Source: an uncultured Gammaproteobacteria bacterium (GTDB lineage Bacteria; Patescibacteriota; Patescibacteriia; Magasanikbacterales; UBA922). From it: a stretch of 64,000 nt of DNA. Numbering within the stretch: the first letter of the stretch is position 1; the number at the start of each line of letters is the position of its first letter. Positions 1-10,500 of this stretch are shown piece by piece. The stretch covers positions 57,542 to 121,541 of the forward strand of contig CAZFUL010000003.1 in NCBI GenBank assembly GCA_964522435.1, written 5' to 3'. The notes beneath the pieces were generated by a model, which was given only the letters and a program-made list of their open reading frames with translations, was not told the origin of the DNA and made no database searches. A program made the translations under genes and the position numbers.

Positions 1-971
1 ATGATATCGTATCCTTCTGCCAAAAAGGTATAGTTGTCCCATTTGTATTCACCTAAAAGAATAGCACCAGCACCATTGGTCGTAACGGTCGTATCTACGC
101 GTAACACATTTGGATTTGTTCCAATTAATTCCGCGCCAAATATACGGATATCTACTTGTGGAATTGGCTCACACAAGCTATTGAGTGTTTGTAGATCTAT
201 GGAAGCGTGGCTATCAATAGTAAAGGTTACTTGCGTCAGTGATTGTGCAATAACAGATACGGGGGGTTGTGTTGGGTTTGGATTATCTATGCTACTTGTA
301 TATGTTTGGTCAGAGTTAAAGCCTCCTTTACTAATAGTAATATGGTAGCTTTCTTGACCAGGAGGAAGGTCGACTAAGGTTACTTTTCCATTATTATTGG
401 TGGTATCAGTAAGGTCAATAATTGGATCAGTGTTTGTTGCACTAATATGCACGCTAGCTCCTTGGACGGGTTGGCCGTTTGCATTTAATACTTCAATAAG
501 GAGAGCGCCATGATTGGGATTTCCTTCTAGATATTTGGGAGGAATAAGGGTATTCAAAAAAATAGGTTTTTGTTGAGGACAGGCAACACAACTAATTTCT
601 AAGTTAACAAATTTATAATCTGCAGGAGAAAGGTCGGTGCCTAATTCAATCGTCCCATCAAAGGGGTCATCAATATTCCGTATCGTCCTGGTAATAATAA
701 AATCAATATTGTTTCTTGTTGTGGTTGTTGTGCGGGGCAATACGCCGGCAGGGCTTCCATTTACAATGCCAACATCCTCAAAAGGCATGTTGCGAAGAAT
801 TTCTATCTGTTCATTAAGAATAGCTGTTTCTAAAATTTTTAAACGAGAGTGATACACTGTTTTGAATGTGTATTGAATACTACTATAAATGCCAACAGCA
901 AATAACATAAATATGCCAAGCGCAACAACAATTTCAAGAAGGCTGGTTCCTTGTTTATTTGTGACAGGCAT
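1..971 (-). CDS. Type IV minor pilin-like protein with carboxypeptidase-regulatory-like (Ig) domain; runs off the window start
   Basis: Not in the ORF track because no stop falls in the window. Manual translation from ATG at 971 gives MPVTNKQG^TSLLEIVVALGIFMLFAVGIY: a class III signal with G-1 and E+5, a hydrophobic helix, and later GALLIEVLNANGQPVQGASV. Confidence 0.85.
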   Translation of the reverse strand, partial: MPVTNKQGTSLLEIVVALGIFMLFAVGIYSSIQYTFKTVYHSRLKILETAILNEQIEILRNMPFEDVGIVNGSPAGVLPRTTTTTRNNIDFIITRTIRNIDDPFDGTIELGTDLSPADYKFVNLEISCVACPQQKPIFLNTLIPPKYLEGNPNHGALLIEVLNANGQPVQGASVHISATNTDPIIDLTDTTNNNGKVTLVDLPPGQESYHITISKGGFNSDQTYTSSIDNPNPTQPPVSVIAQSLTQVTFTIDSHASIDLQTLNSLCEPIPQVDIRIFGAELIGTNPNVLRVDTTVTTNGAGAILLGEYKWDNYTFLAEGYDI

Positions 972-1012
972 AAAAATAAATGTTGATATACGAGTAGTAT
1001 ATCATACCGTAG

Positions 1013-1462
1013 CTATACTTGTGCTAAGAGTTTTGCTACGGACGCGTGTGCCACCTCTTTTCTTGTTTCTTCTGACCATTCAGGATGTTGTTTTTGTAAG
1101 TCCTGCTCATAGGCAGTAACAAGATCATCTTGCATATGAAGAAGCTCTTCATGGTGTTCCTGTATTTGTTTTTTTAGTTTTGCTATATGTTGTTCATCAT
1201 GTACGAGCGAGGTGCTTGTGTCAGACTGTTGTTGCAGTTGGAGTTGTTTTCGAATAGCGGTGATCATCTGTTGTACCTGGGTCATGTGTAAAAGAATATT
1301 TGCGATTTGCTGTTTATTGCTTTTTACTTCTTTTACCAATAAGTCGGCTCGTTCAAGTGTGGCGGCCGCAAGCAACTCTGGATCAATTTCTTTTTCTTTT
1401 TGTTCGCGAGACTCTCTGTTTTTTTCTTTTTCTGCGGGTGAATATACTTCAGGGCTAGGCAT
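1013..1462 (-). CDS. Hypothetical coiled-coil protein
   Basis: ORF 1013..1516; the likely start is MPSPEV at 1462, downstream of a TATACT -10. Q/E/K-rich helical sequence. Confidence 0.65.
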   Translation of the reverse strand: MPSPEVYSPAEKEKNRESREQKEKEIDPELLAAATLERADLLVKEVKSNKQQIANILLHMTQVQQMITAIRKQLQLQQQSDTSTSLVHDEQHIAKLKKQIQEHHEELLHMQDDLVTAYEQDLQKQHPEWSEETRKEVAHASVAKLLAQV

Positions 1463-1517
1463 ACAATAACAGGATAAAATTTTCTCTAGTATAGTGCAAA
1501 TAGCGTACTCTCGCAAT

Positions 1518-1546
1518 AAAAAAACCCCGATTCAATCGGGGTTTTT
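1518..1546 (-). terminator. Intrinsic terminator after rpsR; copy of the CCCCGATTGAATCGGGG palindrome
   Basis: A-tract, CCCCGATTCAATCGGGG (1525-1541), T-tract. Confidence 0.85.
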
Positions 1547-1547
1547 A

Positions 1548-1766
1548 CTATTTTGAGAATGGGAGGAGTCCTGCGATACGAGCTTGTTTGATTGCTTTTG
1601 CTACTTTGCGTTGAAACATTGAGGAAAGACCACTTCTTCTTCGTGGACGAATTTTTCCATAAGAAGAAAGGAATTTTTTTAATGTTTCTACATCTTTATA
1701 ATCAACATGTTGAATATTGTTTGATTTAAAGTAACATGCGCGTTTTTGTTTTCCTGTTTTTACCAT
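1548..1766 (-). CDS. rpsR: 30S ribosomal protein S18
   Basis: [26 protein letters not shown]...[19 protein letters not shown]; rpsF-ssb-rpsR synteny. Confidence 0.98.
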   Translation of the reverse strand: MVKTGKQKRACYFKSNNIQHVDYKDVETLKKFLSSYGKIRPRRRSGLSSMFQRKVAKAIKQARIAGLLPFSK

Positions 1767-1781
1767 AAGGGAGGGATGTTA

Positions 1782-2222
1782 TTAAAATGGGATATCTTCA
1801 ACTTTTATTTCTTCTCCATCTTCAGGCAGTGGTGGCATAGAGTCACTTGCTCCAGATGAGGAACTAGATCCTGGGTTTGCTGCTCCTTCACCTCGAGGGC
1901 CATCAAGCATAATGAGATTGTCGACAATAATTTCTGTTCTATATCGTTTTACGCCATCTTGCCCATCCCAACTACGGGTTTCAATGCGTCCTTCCATATA
2001 CACTCGGCGACCTTTACTGAGGTATTGTCCGGCGATTTCAGCGAGTTTTCCCCATAACACACAGTTATGAAATTCGCTTCTCTCTTGTTTGACACCGCTT
2101 TTGTCTGTCCAAACGCGGCCGGTAGCAACTGAGATAGTTGCAACCTGTTGACCACTGGGCGTGGTCTTTACTTCTGGGTCTCGGGTTAGTCTCCCGAGAA
2201 TGGTGGCTCTGTTGAGATCCAT
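1782..2222 (-). CDS. ssb: Single-stranded DNA-binding protein
   Basis: LNRATILGRLTRDPE OB-fold; acidic C-terminal EDIPF. Confidence 0.98.
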   Translation of the reverse strand: MDLNRATILGRLTRDPEVKTTPSGQQVATISVATGRVWTDKSGVKQERSEFHNCVLWGKLAEIAGQYLSKGRRVYMEGRIETRSWDGQDGVKRYRTEIIVDNLIMLDGPRGEGAANPGSSSSSGASDSMPPLPEDGEEIKVEDIPF

Positions 2223-2291
2223 ATGAATGATACGTTAAATATTACCTCCTTTAACCCACGTTTTAGTTAACGTTTAGGATTAAATCTATGT

Positions 2292-2798
2292 TTAAACGTC
2301 TCCGATTGACTCATCACCTAATATTTTATCTAATTCTTTATCAATATCAGCAATAGTTGTTGGGGCTTCAACTGCTTGTTCAGCAGGTTTTTCTGTTTTC
2401 TTTTCTTCTTCTTTTACCGCTACTTCTGCTTCGTCATCGGTATGAAAGGCTGGAGTTTTTTCTCCTTGCGCTTGCATTTCTGCCATACGTGATACGTATT
2501 GATTTTGTTTTTCTTCGTTATATTTTTGAATCATGACACGTAATAAGTCAGTCATGAGGCCTAATTTTTTTTGAATCGCAGGCACTTGTGCTGGATCTGC
2601 TTGAAACAAGGCGCGGTAAAAGTACCCATAGCGGATATGTTTCATTGGGTATGCCAAGCGATTTTTGCCCATGTCAGTAACAGCAACCCCTGTTCCACCT
2701 TGTTCTTCAATTGCGGTTGTAATAGAAGCAATATGAGGAGGAAGTTCGTCTTCAGCAAAAGTCCCTGGGAGAATACAAAGCAGTTCGTATGTATGCAT
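2292..2798 (-). CDS. rpsF: 30S ribosomal protein S6 with long acidic C-terminal extension
   Basis: YELLCILP...MGKNRLAYPMKH..GYF; operon position. Confidence 0.95.
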   Translation of the reverse strand: MHTYELLCILPGTFAEDELPPHIASITTAIEEQGGTGVAVTDMGKNRLAYPMKHIRYGYFYRALFQADPAQVPAIQKKLGLMTDLLRVMIQKYNEEKQNQYVSRMAEMQAQGEKTPAFHTDDEAEVAVKEEEKKTEKPAEQAVEAPTTIADIDKELDKILGDESIGDV

Positions 2799-2866
2799 AA
2801 TAAAAATAAATACAGTAGGTAAAATACGGTTTAGTAATAAAAAGATACCACATGTAAAGTGTCGCT

Positions 2867-2895
2867 ACTATATCAGGGGTTTTTGAGGCTGTCAA
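2867..2895 (-). promoter_or_regulatory. Sigma70 promoter of rpsF-ssb-rpsR
   Basis: TTGACA-17 nt-TATAGT on the minus strand, with TG extended -10. Confidence 0.85.
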
Positions 2896-2988
2896 GGCCA
2901 ATAAAGGCTTTTTTTAGCGTTTTTTTATTATTTTCTGTTCTAAGGGGAGTATGCTATACTTATTCTATAATGTTAGATATATAGTACT

Positions 2989-4026
2989 ATGCGATCTGCG
3001 GTATCTTATTTTTTATTTTTTGCTCTATTAAGCAATTTTTTTCTTCCTCAGCTGGTTCGCGCTAATATGACAGGCGGGGGGTTTGCTATTTATGCGGATT
3101 CGTTTTCTATTGTGAGTGATGAATATACAACTGGGGGTAACTTTGGATTATTTGGAACGGCGGGAGAATTTGGTGCGGGCATTATTCAAAGTCCTATTCA
3201 AGGAAGTATTGTTCAGGTAGATGAATATATTGCTCACTCGAATTTAACCCATGAAATAACTATAGGTGATGGAGTTGTTACAACTACCTTTGCTCTTCGC
3301 AATGGTGCAGGATTATTAAATGGCCAACTATTAGATGGTGTCGGGCCGGAGATTGTTATTGATTGGGGTGGAGCAGCATCAACGAATCAAGGACTATTGT
3401 CTGATAGAATTGCTCAGGCAATTAATGCCGAAACGCATAATCTTGCAATATATGCGCAAAGTGATGGGGTAGACAGTGTTTTTCTTACCAACATTCGAAC
3501 AGAGGGGGCTCAAGCCGTTGCTATTGTAGAAAACATTACCGAAGATGCCATGACTTTTTCAGGCATGTCTCAAAATGGGACACGTTCCTTACGTGGTGGG
3601 TTTCAGGCTATGGAATTAGGCGCAGTTTCTCTTACCTTTAATACCACTACGGTTAATTTATCAGATTTAACGCTTCTAAGTGTTGCGAGTTCGTCTATCA
3701 CTGCAACCGTTACGTCAGATGGGGGGTATGTATTAAGCGCTCAAGAAGATGGGAATTTACGTACGGGTATTCATGATATCGATGATGTTATTGGGGGCGC
3801 CGTTGTTGCAGGAACAGAAGGTTATGGGATACGCACGAGTGGTGATGATGGCCAACAAAATGGCGCCGATGTTGCGTTAACGGGGATTGATCTTACGATT
3901 GCGAGTAATATAGGATCTGTCGTTGGAGAAGATACGATCATTGATTTTCGAGCAGCGATCGATCAAGACAGTATTGGCGGAGACTACAGTCATATTGTTA
4001 CCTTTACTATTACTTCATCATTATGA
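2989..4026 (+). CDS. Secreted beta-rich surface protein (WxL/fimbrial-subunit-like C-terminus)
   Basis: Signal peptide ending VRA; Gly/Thr/Asp-rich; C-terminal GDYSHIVTFTI strand resembles WxL/fimbrial-type ends. Confidence 0.6.
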   Translation: MRSAVSYFLFFALLSNFFLPQLVRANMTGGGFAIYADSFSIVSDEYTTGGNFGLFGTAGEFGAGIIQSPIQGSIVQVDEYIAHSNLTHEITIGDGVVTTTFALRNGAGLLNGQLLDGVGPEIVIDWGGAASTNQGLLSDRIAQAINAETHNLAIYAQSDGVDSVFLTNIRTEGAQAVAIVENITEDAMTFSGMSQNGTRSLRGGFQAMELGAVSLTFNTTTVNLSDLTLLSVASSSITATVTSDGGYVLSAQEDGNLRTGIHDIDDVIGGAVVAGTEGYGIRTSGDDGQQNGADVALTGIDLTIASNIGSVVGEDTIIDFRAAIDQDSIGGDYSHIVTFTITSSL

Positions 4027-4877
4027 CCTTGCGTAGGATATATTCATTTTTTATAGCAGGAGTATTTCTTTTTGGATTTCCTCAAGCTTTGTTCGCCCTG
4101 ACCCTTGGTCCTTCTAAACAAACGATTGTGGTTGATCAAGGACAAACAGCCACTGCGAACATTTTTGTTCTCAATGATGGAGAGACTCCCCAAACATATA
4201 TTGGAGAAGTAGATGCCTTCGTTGCTTCTGCAGATGGGGTGACCCCGGTGTTTGGTCAGACGGATGAGGCAAAAAAATGGATATCTATTCAACCCGCTAC
4301 CCTTTCTTTGGACCCAGGAGAAAAAGGAATAATGACCTTTTCTATTTCTATTCCTCAAGGAACGGCCCCAGGCGCACATTATCTTGGATTATTTGCGCGG
4401 CAACAAGCGGCGGAAGGACAAGTAGGAATTGCCAGTCGAGCAGGATCGTTGTTGTTTTTATATGTATCTGGAGCTATTGAGGAAGAGTTGCAGCTACAAG
4501 AACTGAGTGTAGAAGGAAACTTTTTTTCAAAAGAACGAAAGCTTTTTGTACAAACAAAAAATTTGGGAAATATTCATATTATTCCTAAAGGAACAGTGAG
4601 TATAAAAAATATGTCGCAGACTTCCTTGTTTCAACGAGAGCTTAATCCTCACACAAAAAGCGTGTATGTGGGGCAGACCTGGAAATTTCAAGAAGATATG
4701 GTATTGCCAAGTGTACGAGCGATAGGAAAAAATAGCGCAGACCTGCAGGTTCACTATGGGGTATCTGAAAAAATAATAACGGGACAGGTATCATTTTGGT
4801 ATATACCGCTGTGGCTTTTTTATACCGTTGGTGCCATGATTATTGCTGTAAGTATCTTCTTTTTTCGCCGTCGATAA
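4023..4877 (+). CDS. DUF916/DUF3324-like (WxL-interacting/chaperone-like) membrane-anchored protein
   Basis: Signal peptide, LTLGPS...WISIQP..LSLDPGE..F.I.IP..TAPG.HY, NLGNIHI.PKG, C-terminal TM plus RRR; ATGA overlap with the upstream gene. Confidence 0.7.
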   Translation: MTLRRIYSFFIAGVFLFGFPQALFALTLGPSKQTIVVDQGQTATANIFVLNDGETPQTYIGEVDAFVASADGVTPVFGQTDEAKKWISIQPATLSLDPGEKGIMTFSISIPQGTAPGAHYLGLFARQQAAEGQVGIASRAGSLLFLYVSGAIEEELQLQELSVEGNFFSKERKLFVQTKNLGNIHIIPKGTVSIKNMSQTSLFQRELNPHTKSVYVGQTWKFQEDMVLPSVRAIGKNSADLQVHYGVSEKIITGQVSFWYIPLWLFYTVGAMIIAVSIFFFRRR

Positions 4878-4883
4878 TACGCT

Positions 4884-7442
4884 ATGACTATTCGGAATCA
4901 ACTTGTATTTCTTTATGGCTGCATGACGGCCTGCTTTTTTTTGAGTAGTATTTTATGGTGGGTGAGTGTTGTTCGAGCACAAGATATTACGATAGATGTA
5001 ACGGTTCCCGCCATTTGTGGTAATGGCGTTCAAGAAGGAGCAGAAGAGTGTGATGAGGCTGATTTAAATGATCAAACTTGTGCTAATGAGGGATTCGCTG
5101 GTGGTGGCAATTTAGCCTGTCAGGTAGATTGTACCTTTGACACCAATGATTGTCGTGTTGGTGGTGGGGGTGGGGGCGGCGGAGGTGGTCCACAACTACC
5201 AGATCCTGAGCCGCAACCAGAACCCGAACCTCCGGTCCTACCTAATCCTGTATGTGGAGATGGTATAAAAGAAGGGGCAGAAGGTTGTGATGACGGAAAT
5301 CTTTTAGATACAGATTTTTGTAATTCCCAGTGCCAACCACGAGTCATTGTTTGTGGAAATGCATTAGTAGAAGTAGATGAACAATGTGACGATGGAAATG
5401 TGCAAAATGCAGATGGCTGTAGTAATCAATGTCGTGTTGAAGCACCGCTTGCTATTTGTGGTAATGGACAAATAGAGGCCGCAGAACAATGTGATGATGG
5501 GAATCTGCAAAATGCGGATGGCTGTAGTAATCAATGTACCATCGAGCTCCCGGCACCGATCTGTGGTAATCGTCAGATAGAACAAGGAGAACAATGTGAT
5601 GATGGAAATGCGCAAAACGCGGATGGGTGTAGTGATCAATGCCGGGTTGAAATTCCTGTTATTCCTCCTCAGGTGATTCCTCCTATCATTAACCCCCCAG
5701 TTGATCCTATTGCTGGTGGAGAAAATGGAGATGGCGGCGGGGGAGCGGATAGAGAACGAATAACTCTGGGACAAGTAGTATTTTGGATCGCAAATGGAGC
5801 TTTTGTGGTAACGCCCGATGAGCAACAACAGTTGCGAACAGTACAGGGGGATGCTCTTATTATTGGAATCCATGAGCATAATATTCCTCAAGCCGATGTT
5901 GCGCAAATTATCATTCGTGTGGGAGAAAAACAATTCGCGTTTACCTATTCTGCAACCGATGGTAGGTATTATGTCACTGTTCCTGTATCATCCGGTGTTG
6001 CCAATGCTACCGTAAGCATTACGTACAAAGAAGGAATGGAAGATCGTATCTCGTTTCGTATTCTTGGGGTACCGCTTGGCCGCATAATAGATGAAGAAAA
6101 AAATCCACTCTCTCAAGTGCGGGTTTCTCTTATCAATAATGAAACGCAACAGCTAGTAAATGTTGCCGTGGTTGGAGGGACAAATCCCTCTGTAACCGTT
6201 GCAGATGGGCAATATTATTTTCTTGTGCCTAATGGTCGCTATAGCTTGCGCATAGAAAAAGAAGGATTTCATATACGCAATACCCTCGCTTTTGTTGTGA
6301 ATGATCACATCATTAATCAAGAATATGTGTTAATAAAAAAACAGGAAACGATTTTAGAGGCTTTGGCAGGACTTGATGAGAATGCCCCTATTACTGAACG
6401 AGCAACCGTATTATCGCAAGCAATCGTAAATAATGTTCAAGAACAAAGCGCGTTAATTACTCAACAAATAACAGAACGTCTTGCCCTTGTTAATGACGTT
6501 GCGGATGATCCGCAAGTAGAAGAAACAGTAGAAATATTTGTAGCCCCGAGTGTTGTTGGGGTATCTGCGGCGATTATTGTTCCTTCCCTATGGTCGAGTA
6601 TTTTTCCCTTGTTGCGCTATATATTTTTACAACCACTTTTGTTATTGGGAAAACGTACCCGTCGAGAATGGGGTATTGTATACAACAGTTTAACAAAACT
6701 TCCTTTGGATTTGGCGGTTGTTCGTCTTATTGATGCCGCCACAGGTAAAGTAAAACAATCTCGCGTAACAGACACGCATGGACGATATTTATTTATTACT
6801 GAACCGGGGGAATATACGGTTGAAGTAGCAAAAGCAGGATTTACCTTTCCTTCTCAAATTATTCGTCATGTGCGCAATGATGGAAAATTTGTAGACGTAT
6901 ATCATGGAGAAACAATTCGGGTAGCATCTGATAATGTTACTATTACTCCCAATGTTCCACTTGATCCTGCCGGAGAAGTAAAAACACCCAAGAGAGTTGT
7001 TTGGGAGACACGATTGCGTATCCTGCAACAGACTATCTCGGTTTTTGGTATTCTCTTGGCGCTTATTTCTGTATATATTAGCCCAACGGTCTTTACGATT
7101 GGTTTTTTGATACTCCATATGGCGATGTATATTGGTTTCCGTGCATGGATTCAACCCAAACAGCCCAAAGGCTGGGGTATTGTATATAATGAAATCAATA
7201 AAGAACCAGTTTCTGGTGCGGTGGTACGACTCTTTACAAAAGAATATAATAAATTGGTCGCAACGCAAATAACGGATCGCAAAGGACGCTACGCGTTTTT
7301 AGTTGGTCCAAGTACGTATTATGTCACGTCACAAAAAACTGGATATGACAGAGTACAAACAGGAGAAATTGCTATCGACACCAACGAAGAACAATCGTTT
7401 TTAAAAGAAGATGTTCCTATGTCGCAGCATCCTAAGGAATAA
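4884..7442 (+). CDS. Large surface protein: Myxococcus Cys-rich (DUF4215) repeats, carboxypeptidase-regulatory-like domains and TM segments
   Basis: Repeated CGNG..E..EQCDDGN..N.DGCS..C; poly-Gly/Pro linkers; TD..GRY.F motifs; internal hydrophobic segments. Confidence 0.8.
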   Translation: MTIRNQLVFLYGCMTACFFLSSILWWVSVVRAQDITIDVTVPAICGNGVQEGAEECDEADLNDQTCANEGFAGGGNLACQVDCTFDTNDCRVGGGGGGGGGGPQLPDPEPQPEPEPPVLPNPVCGDGIKEGAEGCDDGNLLDTDFCNSQCQPRVIVCGNALVEVDEQCDDGNVQNADGCSNQCRVEAPLAICGNGQIEAAEQCDDGNLQNADGCSNQCTIELPAPICGNRQIEQGEQCDDGNAQNADGCSDQCRVEIPVIPPQVIPPIINPPVDPIAGGENGDGGGGADRERITLGQVVFWIANGAFVVTPDEQQQLRTVQGDALIIGIHEHNIPQADVAQIIIRVGEKQFAFTYSATDGRYYVTVPVSSGVANATVSITYKEGMEDRISFRILGVPLGRIIDEEKNPLSQVRVSLINNETQQLVNVAVVGGTNPSVTVADGQYYFLVPNGRYSLRIEKEGFHIRNTLAFVVNDHIINQEYVLIKKQETILEALAGLDENAPITERATVLSQAIVNNVQEQSALITQQITERLALVNDVADDPQVEETVEIFVAPSVVGVSAAIIVPSLWSSIFPLLRYIFLQPLLLLGKRTRREWGIVYNSLTKLPLDLAVVRLIDAATGKVKQSRVTDTHGRYLFITEPGEYTVEVAKAGFTFPSQIIRHVRNDGKFVDVYHGETIRVASDNVTITPNVPLDPAGEVKTPKRVVWETRLRILQQTISVFGILLALISVYISPTVFTIGFLILHMAMYIGFRAWIQPKQPKGWGIVYNEINKEPVSGAVVRLFTKEYNKLVATQITDRKGRYAFLVGPSTYYVTSQKTGYDRVQTGEIAIDTNEEQSFLKEDVPMSQHPKE
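5350..5655 (+). repeat. Three tandem ~105-bp intragenic repeats encoding DUF4215 units
   Basis: Units begin at ~5350, 5455 and 5560 and share GAACAATGTGA(C/T)GATGG..AAA(T/C)GC(A/G)GATGG(C/G)TGTAGT. Confidence 0.85.
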
Positions 7443-7460
7443 TAACTTTCAAGAACCACG

Positions 7461-7490
7461 AACAGCCCCAAATAATTTGGGGTTGTTTTT
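7461..7490 (+). terminator. Intrinsic terminator
   Basis: AACAGCCCCAAAT-A-ATTTGGGGTTGTT followed by T-tract. Confidence 0.75.
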
Positions 7491-7567
7491 ATATTTTCAT
7501 TTTTTTTCATTATTTTTTTGCTACTCTTCTAACAGAAAGAGTATTCATTTATGTTAAGGAGGAACAT

Positions 7568-10500
7568 ATGCGTTATCGTATTTTTATTGTGGGTATATTA
7601 GTACTTATTGGCGTGTTAGGCATTTTTTATAATAGTTATACACAAGGTTCTGCAATTATTATTTCCGAAATTGGCGCCAGCGAAGCAAGTGGACTTGAGT
7701 GGATAGAACTCTACAATAGGAGTAATGAGGCAATCGATGTGACTGATTGGATTTTTTTTGAAGCAGAGACAAATCATACCCTAACCCTGGTACAGGGAAC
7801 GAGCACGATTCAGGCGAAAGAATTTTTTGTTGTTGCACAAGATAGCACCCAGTTGCTTGAACGAGATGCATTATCCGGGATTACAGTATTTGATAGTGCC
7901 TGGGGGAGCTTAAACGAAAAAGGAGAATCTCTTGCAATAAAAGATCAAATCGGAAATATTGTTGAGCAATTTGTATATATCGCAAGTAGCAATTTTTCCT
8001 TAGAAAAAATAGATCTTGATGCATTTATCTATTCAGCAGAAAATTGGAAGGAACATCCCACTGGGCATTCTTTAGGAAAAGAAAATTATTGGAGTAGTGT
8101 ACCAACAGAAGATTTGCCGCCTGAAAACGAGGGAGAACCAGATGTTCAAGAACATGGGTTTATCCCTATTGTGATAAACGAAGTGGTATCAGATCCGGAG
8201 AGCGGTGGTGAATGGATAGAGTTACTGTCACTTGCTACGACAAGCGTGCAAGTAGCAAACTGGGAGATCTATGATAGTAGTGGAAAGATAGCTACCGTAT
8301 CAAGCACTCTTGAACCAGGATCTTTTTTTGTGGTGGAGCTTGCACGTTCTGTACTAAATAATACTGGTGACACGGTGATATTGCGGAATCATACTGGCAT
8401 AGAGGTGGAGCGTATCGTCTATGGGGTTGCGGATGGTGCCGTTGTTTCTGCGCCCCAAAAAGGCCAAAGTATTGCAAGAACGATGCCGGCTAGTGGCGAG
8501 TTTGTGATCACAACAACTATTACGAAAGGAGAAAAAAATAGTATCGTTTTTCCTGTACCTGAAGAAGGTTCTTCTCCACAAGAACCACCAGCTTCCCCGA
8601 GTAGCACACCAACCCCCACGGGTGTTATTGGTGATATTGTTATTAATGAATTGGTCTCTGATCCTGCTGATGACTCCGAAGAATTTATTGAATTATATAA
8701 TAGTACTCAGGCCACCGTGAGTATTGATGGCTGGTATATAGAAGATGGAAGTGAAGGTAAAACAGTATTGCAGGGGAATATTCCTGGGCAAGGATTTTTT
8801 GTCGTAGAAAAACCAAAAGGAAGTTTAAATAATGCCGGAGATTTAGTGCTGTTGTTTGATGCGTATCGAGATCAAATGGATAGTGTGGCGTATGGGAGTT
8901 GGGACGATGGAAATAAAGCAGATAATGCTCCGGTGGCAAAAGATCCACAATCCTTGTCGCGCAAATCCGATGGCAGTGACACGGATTATGACTATCATGA
9001 TTTTGTCATAACTGATGTGGTAACACCAGGAGAATCAAATCGTATTCATGAGAGCGGTATGCTTGGGCAAGGAATATATACAAAAGATCTTCGTATTTCA
9101 GAACTCTTTCCCAATCCCAAAGGAAGTGATACGGAACAGGAATTTATTGAACTGTTTAATTACGGAGAGATTCCTATTGCCTTACAAGGCTGGCAGATGG
9201 GGGATAACTCTAAAAAAATTTTTCGTTTTACAGACAACCACGAAATTCATCCCTTTTCATATCTCCTGTTGTATCGTTCTGAAACAGGCATTTCTTTGAA
9301 CAATTCTGGTACAGAAGAAGTACATGTATTTGCACCCAATGGAGAAATAATAGATTCGTTGCAATATAGCGGATCAGTAAAAGAGGAGAGTAGCTTTGCT
9401 CGATTTGGGGATACGAGAACTGACTGGACGACTCTTGCGACGCCAGGAAAAGAAAATGTGTTACAAGGACAAGCCGCGGCACCACAGATTGTTTTTCAAT
9501 CAATACCAGATGCCTTTGTCAATGAACCGATTTCTTTTGATGCGTCAGATACTATTGATGAGGATAGTGATAGCTTGTCTTTTTTTTGGGATCTGGGAGA
9601 CACGACAACCAGTAGTAACGAATCATTTATCCACCGCTATACCCAACCCGGAATATATACGATTCAATTAACGGTTCAAGACAGTGAAGCAAATAGTTCA
9701 ACGATGCAACGCATGATACGTATCAGTGATGTTATTGGGGCGACCGAACAGTTTGCTACGTCGTCGTATCATGCCCTGCGGATTACTGAGTTAGTCCCTA
9801 ATCCAGAAGGGACAGACGATACAGAGTTTATTGAATTATTTAATGCAGGATTTGTGGATATAGATATTTCAGATTTGTTTCTTGATGATGAAGATGGTGG
9901 TTCGAAGCCCTATCGCTTTCCTTCTGGTACGAGTATTGCGGCTCAATCATATCGGGTGTTTTCTCGTACTGAGACAAAATTAGCATTAAATAATACCGCA
10001 GACCATGTGCGTTTGTTGAGTAAAGAAAAAGATATATTATTAGATGTGGCATATGATGGAAGTGTGGAAGGGGCTGCATATGTCCTAGATGATGTCGGAA
10101 ATTGGGTATGGTCACAGCGTATTACTCCAGGAGAAATATCGTATGTTGAGGAATTGGATATCATATTATCTTCTACGAAAAAAAATAATAAAGAAAAAAT
10201 AGTTCTGTCCACCACGATTGCGGGGGCAAAACAACAAGATGTTGGAGATATGGTAGATGTGTATGGCGTTGTTGCCGTTGAACCAGGTGTCTTTGGGACG
10301 CAATATTTTTATATGGTTGATGAAGAACAACAAGCCATACAGGTGTATATGTATAAAAAAGATTTTCCCTCACTTTCTATTGGAGATGGCATGTATGTGC
10401 GAGGTGAATTGGCAATGACAAAAGGAGAGTGGAGAATAAAAACAAGTGACAAAGAAGATATTCGTGCACATGATCACCCGAATCTTGAGGATATTATGAC

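Noticed and set aside
34-1119. Plus-strand ORFs of 104, 71 and 76 aa
   Set aside because: They are shadows of the minus-strand pilin-like gene and the next gene
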